This document shows, piece by piece, positions 17,601-23,495 of a DNA stretch of 38,236 bases. Location: NCBI GenBank assembly GCA_964497475.1, contig CAZCDM010000002.1, positions 1 through 38,236 on the forward strand, read 5' to 3'. The notes beneath the pieces were generated by a model. The model ran no database searches. It was not told the DNA's origin and worked only from the letters and a program-made list of their open reading frames with translations. The position numbers were made by a program, and so were the translations under genes. Source of the DNA: an uncultured Planctomycetaceae bacterium. Lineage in GTDB: Bacteria; Planctomycetota; Phycisphaerae; SM23-33. Every line of letters starts with the position of its first letter. Position 1 is the first letter of the stretch.

Positions 17601-20600
17601 CTGCGGGATGTCTTCGCCCAGGGCCGGCGCCTGGCCGGCCAGCCGGGCCAGAGCACCGCCGGCCGGGCCGAGCCGGAATCGACGACCGGCAAGGCGCTGG
17701 TCAAGACGCTGAACATCTCGGCCGACACGCGCACCAACAGCCTGATCCTCTCCGGCGAGGAGGACGTCCTGGCCCTGGCCGACCTGCTGGTCAAAGACCT
17801 CGACCGCGAGAAGGGCAAGGTCGTCACCGAGATTCGCCTCTTCCGGCTGGACCATGCCGACGCAACGCGGCTGGCTCCGACGTTGCAGGCCGTCTTCGCC
17901 GAGCGGGGCCGGAACCCCGCCGCCGAGGGCGTCCAGACGCAGGTCACCCGGCTGCGGACGCATCTGGCCGGTAAGGATGGCAAGGCCGACCTCCAGGAGA
18001 GCGATTTTCCGAAACTGCACCCGGCCTTGTCGATCCGCGCCGAGGGCGGGACGAATATGCTCGTCGTCGCCGCCCGCAGCGACGTCATGCCCCTGATCGC
18101 CGACGTCGTCAAGAGCATGGACATCCCCGGGGCCGGCTCGATGAACCAGGTGCGGATCTTCCCGCTGGTCCATGCCGACGCGACCCGGCTGGACGGCGTG
18201 ATCCGCTCGCTCTACACCGGCCCCAATGCCAAGCTCGTCCGCGACGAAGATCGACCCACCGTCGCCGTCGACACCCGCACCAACTCGTTGATCGTCTCGG
18301 CCAGCGAGAAAACGTTCTCGATGCTGACGACGCTGCTCGGCCGGCTCGATGCCAAAACCCCCGTTGAGCTGCGCGACCTCCGCCTCCTGCCGCTGGAAAA
18401 CGCCGAGGCCCTCACCGTCGCTTCGATCCTCCAGCGGATGATGGACGCCCGCGTGCAGCGCCAGCAGTCGCTCGGCCTGAAAGACGCCGAAGCCCTGCGG
18501 ACGGTCATCCTCGCCGATGCACGATCGAACAGCCTGATCGTCGGCGGCTCGACTGAGAGTTTTCAGATCGTCCGCGACCTCGCGACGAAGCTGGATACAG
18601 CCAGCCCGGCCCTGGCCGGTCAGGTCCAGGTCCTGCCGCTGGAGGAGGGCAACGCGGCGACCATTGCGACAACGCTGAGCCGACTCTTCGCCCAGCGGTA
18701 CCAGGCGGCCCGCACGGCCGAGATCAAGCGGCAGCGCCCCGTGATCCTGCCCGACCTGCGGACCAACAGCCTGCTCGTGGCGGCCACGGCCGATGACTCG
18801 AAGATCCTCAAGAGTCTCCTGCAGCGCCTCGACGTCAAGCTGACCGACCCGGCGGTGCAGCTGACGGTCATCCCGCTGGAATACAATGATGCCGGCGTGA
18901 TCGGCCCGGAAATCGGCCGGCTGTTCGCCGCCCGCCTGCGGAGCATGACCCCCGCCGACCAGACACCCAGTCCGCAGGATCGCGTGGACGTGGCCATCGA
19001 CTCGCTGAGCAATTCGCTGATCGTCTCGGCCAGCAAGGAGAACCTCGGGCTCATTCGCGAGCTGCTGGCCAAGGTCGATGTTGCCCCGGCCGACGAGACC
19101 GGCGTGGTGCGGATGTATCCGCTCAAGCACGCCGACGCCCAGCGCGTCGCGACGATGCTGCGAGGCCTGCTCGACCAGGGGCTCTACAAGCCCGGGCTGG
19201 TCGGCTCGGCCAACCAGGCCGCCACCATCAAGGCCCGCGAGAAGGTCTCCCTGGCCGTCGACGCCCGCATGAATGTGCTGATCGTCTCAGCCAGCCGAGA
19301 GAACTTCTCGATCCTCGAACAGATCATCGCCAAGGTCGACTCCGACGAGAGCTTCGGCTTGCTGGGCGATATCCAGGTCTTCCCGCTGAAGCATGCCGAC
19401 GCAGCCCGCCTGGCGCCGACGCTGCAGGCTTTCTTCCGCCAGAAGCGGGCCGCCGAGGAGTCCACTGGCTCGACCGGCCGATCGCTGCCGGTGGTCGTCC
19501 TTCCCGACAGCCGGACCAACGCGCTGCTCGTGGCCGGCAGCCGGGAGAGCTTCGCAGCCGTGAAGAACATCATCGCCCGGCTGGACACGGACGACTCGGC
19601 TCCGGCGACGGACTTCCGCGTTTTCGAGCTCAAACACGCCACCGCCCAGCGGCTCCAGGGCACGCTGCAGAAGCTCTTCGACGACCGCACCGTCCGAGGC
19701 CAGGGCAAGGACAAGGTCTCGATCCTCGCCGACCCGCGGAGCAATACGCTCATCGTCGGGGCCACGCCGGACGAGATGGAACTCGTCGCGTCGATGGTCC
19801 ATCGCCTCGATAAGCCCAGTGACGACGATCGCCAGCTCGTGAAGATCTACCCCCTGGCCAAGGCCGACGCCGTCCAGGCCCTCGACACCCTCAAGAGCCT
19901 CTACCGCTCCGGCGGTGGCGACCCCAACGACCTTTCGCTGACGGCGGACGAGCGCATCAATGCGATCATCGTCTCGGCCGGCGTGGAAGATCAAAAACGC
20001 ATCGCCCAGCTCGTCGATCAGCTCGACCGCGACAAGGTCACTCGCGTCACGGAAATCCGCGTCTTCCCGCTGGACAATGCCGACGCCGAGGAACTCGCCG
20101 CGCTGCTGATGGACGTGCTGACCGAAAAGCCCAAGGCGCTGACCAAGGTCAGCCCCAACCGTCAGACGCTGCTGCAGTTCATTCGCCGCACGCCGGCGGG
20201 CAAGAATCTCATCACATCGGCCCTGCAGGAGGGCGTGCTGATCACGCCCGACAAACGGACCAATGCACTGGTCGTCTCGGCCCCGCTGGACAACATGCCG
20301 CTGCTGTCGAGCATGATCTCCTCGCTCGACTCGGCCAGCCCGCGGGCGGCGGAAATTCGCGTCTTTGCTTTGCAGAATGCCGACGCGGCACGGATGGCGG
20401 AGGTTCTCGCCCAGCTGTTCCGCTTCGAGGACAAAGCCGGCACCGACCGCGAAGGCCCGGCCGTCAAGTACACCCTCGCCGACGGCCAGCTCGCCTCGGC
20501 CACCACCGGCCAGGTCGACCAGGCCAGCCTGAACATCACCGTCGATACCCGCACCAACAGCCTGCTCATCGGTGGCTCGCCGGAGCAGTTGGACATGGCT

Positions 20601-21896
20601 GCGGCCGTGATTACCCGCCTCGATGCCTCCCCCGGCCAGGAGCGCGTCACCCGTGTGTATCGGCCCAAGAATGCCCAGGCTTCGAACATCGAGAAAACCG
20701 TCCGCGCCTTTCTTGACCAGGAACGCCAGCGGCTGGTCTCGACGCTCGGCAAGGACAACCTCGACGCCGCCCAGCGGATGCTCGAGCGGGAAGTGGCCGT
20801 CGTGGCCGAGGAAGAATCCAACACGCTGCTGCTCTCGGCCAGCCCGCGGTACTTCCAGACGCTGGGCCAGATGATCGAGGAGCTCGACCAGCCGCCTGCC
20901 CAGGTGCTCGTCCAGGCCCTGCTGGCGGAGGTCCGGCTGGACAACGACTCGACCCTCGGCGTGGACTGGGGCTGGCAGACGACCTACCGGAGCAACCTCA
21001 TCGAGGGTGGCTCGAACATGTCGGTCCGGGCGTCGCTCGAGGCGGGCAATCCGATTGGTTTTAATGTCTCGGTCACCGGCGGCGACCTGAACTTCTTCCT
21101 GCGGGCGCTGCAGCAGCAGAACCGCGTGGAGGTTCTCAGCCGGCCGCAGATTCTCGCAGCCAACAATCAGTCGGCCCTGATCGAAGTCGGCCAGCGCGTG
21201 CCGCTGATCACCAACAGCCGCGTAACCGACCAGGGCGATACGATCAACACGATCACCTACGAGCAGATCGGCGTGCAGCTGGAGATTCTCCCGCGGATTG
21301 GTTCGGACGGCTCGGTGCGGATGGAGGTCAAGCCGACCATTTCTTCCGTGAGCAAATCCTTCACGCCGATCACGCAGTTCGCCGAAGCACCGTACATCAA
21401 CAACCGGGCCGCTCAGACCACCGTGACCTGCCAGGACGGCCAGACGATCATCATCGGCGGGCTGATTACCACGACCGACGAAGACCGCGAAGACAAGGTG
21501 CCCATCCTGGGCGACATTCCGCTGATGGGCCTGCTGTTCCGCAACACGACCAAAACCAAGAACCGCAGCGAGCTGTTGATCTTCCTCACGCCGCACATCC
21601 TCCGCAACGGGGGCGACCAGAACTCGGTGACCACGCGGGAGCTGAAGGATAATGACACGCTGCGTTCGTTGAAGATGAATCATCCGTACAAGGATCGCGC
21701 GCTGGATACCTTTACCGACGAAGCCCTGCGTGACATGGTCAACCAGGAATCCCGCACCCTGCCCGATACCAACACCGAGAGGCGCCTGCGGAACGTTCAC
21801 GATACGGTGATCGAGCTGGAGCTGCTGCCTGAAGAGTGGATTGACGAAACCTGGAAGCCTGGCGACCCCGCTCCGGTGGAGAAAGAAGTGGAATGA
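11484..21896 (+). CDS. gspD: Giant secretin (GspD family) with an N0 domain, about 37 tandem secretin N-domain-like modules, a secretin beta-barrel core and a C-terminal tail
   Basis: Uninterrupted ORF 11454..21896. The likely start is ATG 11484, with aaaggag at 11471-11477. See the sub-features below. The core carries hallmark secretin motifs: VLVQALLAEV, VLSRPQILAANNQSALIEVGQRVP, GVQLEILPRI, IIIGGLI...KVPILGDIPLMGLLF and SELLIFLTPHIL. Confidence 0.9.
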   Translation: MQGTRTVICSVVLVLASLVQAESASQPAATQPASAPAAQPASQPKPAPTPAAAAPASKPQPEPTFVFQFAGAPYTDVVRRFAQALGKPLIGDLNIEGELHFTDEKAYTASQAQDVLNLLLAMRGYVLRPQGRFLRLMPLADVPGDTRILRGLAEAQSEDVSPGEIVTMVLPLKFLDPDEASKSVIRLVSPFGSISPLPGSRAMAITDRLDNIRRIDAMLQIIDTRTVVDKELKTVSLTHASAQTAAGLVNSMFGAQQQGNLVYDPKQKKMVPRQVDAREIVTTSFDDRTNVVVLLGTPERLAMAEEMLRTLDQAKTPSQFETRIFQLGQAQAADLARTIGQLLPPPPKGQQPPRLAPQANTNRLVVSAPAEQLTQIASLIAELDTASKQTEGLKIVELKHADANHLAHPLHRSLARRDERGRLHYPVHVHVIPGTNQLILTGPQAELNAAMDLLARLDTEAVAEAREVHVIQLASGDAYHVARSLSRIFNTPGQTARLVVEAERDTNSLMISASPDDWPEIRKTLDDLQQTATEIKTPVTRIVPLAHVKAGALARTLQRAVASRHWGRRGAGTVPIFIHATPGDDALLITAAPSEQQQVAALIETLDKPTENIEPMTMVSLTSAKADELANRLRSLLPEAHGRDATVFIQADPATNTVLLRAPQARRQAITDLIDKLDKATLETARETRMVQLTNTSAAALAQTLQQLYPRPGRGVAPIEAVIITAAPSDQSLLIEAARSRVDEVVQLAETLDAKDKTQPIEVRIYQVDEGSADDVARTLGNLFARQNRRRHSVAAGEPAPRFEFNQATSQVLVAATPDQFERIDKLMQKIQSAGRLAQQTRTFQLQYAQADELVRLLQTVLPDQTTGRRRGRQGNALRVAAMPTANAVVVQAQPDKLALAEQIITTFDTKAASERTTIRVVQLKKAQAETLARSVGQTLETRGADGVAVTAETNSNSVLVRGPAERVDEVLAMIRKLDADSTSEDVQVYVYPLKNANAKQLAGNLEQMFRALLRQLGRRGESVFSVAANDRTNSLLIATKPASYAMVEKMLRDLDQTDQAARDVEYIVLRSADVSEVSRQLYDMFRDRPWNDRPVVQMDRESNALTLIGTETDLATMAKVVTKLDTAAARAAVRVRVVPLDDVDAKKMAEMIRRLYAQMTDSPIVVAENLTAAQTQPATQPTAQPAITIAYDTTANTLLLSGPKRDLDEIESLVSQLSWGTNIAEAEYRVFTVAKASPVEVARTLDELFNPQDGNRRRRAEPNIVAVPETRTRSVIVKAKPTDFAAIEPLIAKIDSAGGDETYFVKVYALSNARAPQAAAALQQTFLAEPGRHGRGQADTPTVRISPEPSSNTLVVRADKADHAKIADLIKEIDISSVAELPVRMIPLRHADPAPLAAMLNRLYAPRNRRQGSEVRIEADADARTLMIRADDESFEKIRKLATTLDASSTVGQANQTLLRLEHAQADTVAASLQQAFLPRRGQRITAEDLVTVVAEPASNSLIVTANEPNLKKVRALVDQLDTEEAGTVKTEFFLLTNAQATDLAAVLQRVTGATGRRGRGQAGPELRISAEPASNALVLSGPASQVSEMMQMAIQLDQAAQATTPGVYIIPLDSGDAESMVAMIRDLHNQQRAAARRTKNDVEPLAVSADARANAIVLASSKDMYEQVQQWVRHLEQMKPRRGEVRVIPLEHADPAEVQKAIDQLNGQAAPAARPGRRAQAGSSPFEVTVLPRQQAIMVTGSDADFQAIQKLIETLEASARKTQRTSRIIVLKHANPQRVVQALAPVLRTTRYSQGQQPPSISAMADSNAVVVAATKEQMDEVGKLIQQLDSPEVAQDLTFRVFTLTNAQPTKIVPTLQRMLRQLQRAHPGTQIDVQADERTRALIITAKEGLFDQIARLVETLDKAPAYAQADVLIIPLRRADATQLARVLQDMLRPDGNQITAEARALQEQVRLLQVRSTMKETLPPLDLTKPIKIDADPARPQGTNSLILSSTPKNLDALAAIVDVLDTVPLTAGVKVKLIHLTNADAVSVRDILRDVFAQGRRLAGQPGQSTAGRAEPESTTGKALVKTLNISADTRTNSLILSGEEDVLALADLLVKDLDREKGKVVTEIRLFRLDHADATRLAPTLQAVFAERGRNPAAEGVQTQVTRLRTHLAGKDGKADLQESDFPKLHPALSIRAEGGTNMLVVAARSDVMPLIADVVKSMDIPGAGSMNQVRIFPLVHADATRLDGVIRSLYTGPNAKLVRDEDRPTVAVDTRTNSLIVSASEKTFSMLTTLLGRLDAKTPVELRDLRLLPLENAEALTVASILQRMMDARVQRQQSLGLKDAEALRTVILADARSNSLIVGGSTESFQIVRDLATKLDTASPALAGQVQVLPLEEGNAATIATTLSRLFAQRYQAARTAEIKRQRPVILPDLRTNSLLVAATADDSKILKSLLQRLDVKLTDPAVQLTVIPLEYNDAGVIGPEIGRLFAARLRSMTPADQTPSPQDRVDVAIDSLSNSLIVSASKENLGLIRELLAKVDVAPADETGVVRMYPLKHADAQRVATMLRGLLDQGLYKPGLVGSANQAATIKAREKVSLAVDARMNVLIVSASRENFSILEQIIAKVDSDESFGLLGDIQVFPLKHADAARLAPTLQAFFRQKRAAEESTGSTGRSLPVVVLPDSRTNALLVAGSRESFAAVKNIIARLDTDDSAPATDFRVFELKHATAQRLQGTLQKLFDDRTVRGQGKDKVSILADPRSNTLIVGATPDEMELVASMVHRLDKPSDDDRQLVKIYPLAKADAVQALDTLKSLYRSGGGDPNDLSLTADERINAIIVSAGVEDQKRIAQLVDQLDRDKVTRVTEIRVFPLDNADAEELAALLMDVLTEKPKALTKVSPNRQTLLQFIRRTPAGKNLITSALQEGVLITPDKRTNALVVSAPLDNMPLLSSMISSLDSASPRAAEIRVFALQNADAARMAEVLAQLFRFEDKAGTDREGPAVKYTLADGQLASATTGQVDQASLNITVDTRTNSLLIGGSPEQLDMAAAVITRLDASPGQERVTRVYRPKNAQASNIEKTVRAFLDQERQRLVSTLGKDNLDAAQRMLEREVAVVAEEESNTLLLSASPRYFQTLGQMIEELDQPPAQVLVQALLAEVRLDNDSTLGVDWGWQTTYRSNLIEGGSNMSVRASLEAGNPIGFNVSVTGGDLNFFLRALQQQNRVEVLSRPQILAANNQSALIEVGQRVPLITNSRVTDQGDTINTITYEQIGVQLEILPRIGSDGSVRMEVKPTISSVSKSFTPITQFAEAPYINNRAAQTTVTCQDGQTIIIGGLITTTDEDREDKVPILGDIPLMGLLFRNTTKTKNRSELLIFLTPHILRNGGDQNSVTTRELKDNDTLRSLKMNHPYKDRALDTFTDEALRDMVNQESRTLPDTNTERRLRNVHDTVIELELLPEEWIDETWKPGDPAPVEKEVE
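11673..20888 (+). repeat. Protein-level tandem array: N0-like domain followed by about 37 diverged 70-106 aa secretin_N / ring-building-motif-like modules
   Basis: Each module shows the same pattern. It starts with a beta strand (e.g. VRVFPL, IRVVQL, VKIYPL) and a helix (xADAxxLAxxLxxLF). A variable Arg/Gly/Gln-rich loop follows, then a strand (DxRTNSLIVSA and variants) and a helix ending in LD or ID (e.g. IAELD, LARLD, IETLD, IDKLD, LGRLD, VDQLD). I counted 37 such terminators by eye. The copies are strongly diverged, with no near-identical copies in the translation. Confidence 0.8.
20889..21600 (+). other. Secretin C-domain (outer-membrane beta-barrel and gate region)
   Basis: From QPPAQVLVQALLAEVRLDNDSTLGVDWGW to ELLIFLTPHIL. 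These are the conserved secretin family motifs listed for the CDS above. Confidence 0.88.
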
Positions 21897-22354
21897 TTCG
21901 CTCGGCCCTGATCGTGGTTGTTTCGGCGGTGCTGATCGCCTGCGGCCCGCCGCGGACGCCGACGGTCGATCATGTCCAGCTGGTCATGCCGCCCCAGCCC
22001 GTCGATATCGAAAGCACGGCTGGGCCCGACGGCGTCCAGGCCCGCGTGTTCCTCTACCAGGGCCCCAACGCCCAGACCGTCCTGGGCGACGGGCGATTGG
22101 ATATCCTGCTGTTCGACGGCCGACTGAACCAGGCCGGGCCCAAGACCGACCCCGTCCCGCTGAAGGTCTGGAGCTACACCCCCGAACAGCTTCAGCGGTT
22201 CCAGTCGCAAACCATTGGCCTGTGGAACTACAATCTCATGCTGCTCTGGGGTGACGCTCGCCCGACGCAAAACATCGTCACCGTTATTGCTCGCTACACC
22301 GCGCCGTCGGGCCAGCAGGTTTTTTCATCGCCCGTTCAAGTGCCGATCCGCTGA
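21893..22354 (+). CDS. Small lipoprotein translationally coupled to the secretin (candidate pilotin or accessory factor)
   Basis: ATGA overlap with the secretin stop. N-terminus MIRSALIVVVSAVLIAC with lipobox LIA/C, followed by GPPRTP. The mature part is about 135 aa and looks beta-rich. I recognise no family. Confidence 0.6.
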   Translation: MIRSALIVVVSAVLIACGPPRTPTVDHVQLVMPPQPVDIESTAGPDGVQARVFLYQGPNAQTVLGDGRLDILLFDGRLNQAGPKTDPVPLKVWSYTPEQLQRFQSQTIGLWNYNLMLLWGDARPTQNIVTVIARYTAPSGQQVFSSPVQVPIR

Positions 22355-22368
22355 GAAGCAAGGTGCCG

Positions 22369-23493
22369 TTACCGCACCGTCATGTTGTTGCGGTGGACGG
22401 CTTCGGGCGTGGGGCAGTGGCCGAGCGTTTCCTCGATCTGCTCGGTGCGGAGCCCGGCGATCTGTTGCAACTCGGCCGAGGCGTAGCTGGTCAGCCCCCG
22501 GGCGATCTCCAAGCCGTCCGGGCCGACGATCGAGACTGTCGCGCCTTTTTCGAACGTGCCCTGGATTTCCGTCATGCCGCTGGGCAGCAGGCTCTTGCCC
22601 ATCTCCCGCAGGGCGGTCGCTGCACCGGCATCGACGTAAATGGTCCCTTCGGGTCGGGCGGCCTGGCCGATCCATCGGCGCTTACTGGAGAGCTTCCGGT
22701 CGGCCGGCAGGAACACCGTGCCGAGCTTCTCGCCCGCGCGCAGACGGGACAGAACTTCCGGCGTGTGTGCGTTGGCGATGACGACGGCCTCGCCGGCAGC
22801 GGTGACCAGCCCGGCCGCGGCGATCTTCGCCGACATGCCGCCCGAGCCGAGCGAGCTTCGTCGTTCGTCGGCCAGGGCGAGGGCATCGTCGTTGACCTGC
22901 TCGATAACGTCGATGACCTGCCCGCCGTCATCCAGTACGCCATCGACACTGCTCAGCAGCACGAGAACCTCCGCCTGGAGCATGTTCGTCACGTGGGCAG
23001 CGATGATGTCGTTATCCCCATACCGCGTGTCGAGCTCTTCGGTGGCTACGGCGTCGTTCTCGTTAAGAATCGCCAGGGTGTCCAGTTCGTGCAGCGCGCA
23101 AAGCGTATTTCGGATGTTGAGGTATCGGCCGCGATGCTCGAAGTCGTCCCGGCTGATGAGCACCTGCCCGACGCGCCGGCCCAGCGGGGCGAGTGCATCG
23201 TGGAAGGCGCGCATAAGCTGGCCCTGGCCGACGGCGGCGACGGCCTGGAGTTCCGGCAGCGTTTTGGGCCGGGCCGGCAAGTCCAGCTCGCCGAGCCCTG
23301 CGCCGATGGCGCCGCTGGCCACGAGCGTGACGTCCACGCCATCATCGAGAAGGTCGGCGATCTGTCGGCTGAGGGCGGCGACCTGTTGTGCATCGAGTCG
23401 GCCAGCGCGGTCGGTCAACCCGTTCGTGCCGACCTTGACGACGATGCGGCGGGCTCGGGCGATGATGTCCTGTCGGATGGCCTGGTCGGGCAT
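22369..23493 (-). CDS. proB: Glutamate 5-kinase with a C-terminal PUA domain
   Basis: This is the C-terminal 374 codons of ORF 22369..24420, starting at ATG 23493 (MPDQAIRQDIIARARRIVVKVGTNGLT). Motifs: VTLVASGAIGAG, NENDAVATEE, GDNDIIAAHV, GSGGMSAKIAAA. PUA-like tail: GTIYVDAGAATALREMGKSLLPSGMTEIQGTFEKGATVSIV. Confidence 0.9.
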   Translation of the reverse strand: MPDQAIRQDIIARARRIVVKVGTNGLTDRAGRLDAQQVAALSRQIADLLDDGVDVTLVASGAIGAGLGELDLPARPKTLPELQAVAAVGQGQLMRAFHDALAPLGRRVGQVLISRDDFEHRGRYLNIRNTLCALHELDTLAILNENDAVATEELDTRYGDNDIIAAHVTNMLQAEVLVLLSSVDGVLDDGGQVIDVIEQVNDDALALADERRSSLGSGGMSAKIAAAGLVTAAGEAVVIANAHTPEVLSRLRAGEKLGTVFLPADRKLSSKRRWIGQAARPEGTIYVDAGAATALREMGKSLLPSGMTEIQGTFEKGATVSIVGPDGLEIARGLTSYASAELQQIAGLRTEQIEETLGHCPTPEAVHRNNMTVR

Positions 23494-23495
23494 GG

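Noticed and set aside
12138-21800. Very long minus-strand ORFs opposite the secretin gene (12138..13220, 13341..16811 at 1156 aa, 16965..19130 at 721 aa, 19287..21800 at 837 aa), plus same-strand off-frame ORFs such as 16499..17974.
   Set aside because: Their products are low-complexity and rich in Gly, Arg, Asp, Leu, Val and Pro, with no recognisable motifs. They lie entirely within a strongly supported 10.4-kb gene. Long stop-free antisense frames are expected in GC-rich coding DNA.
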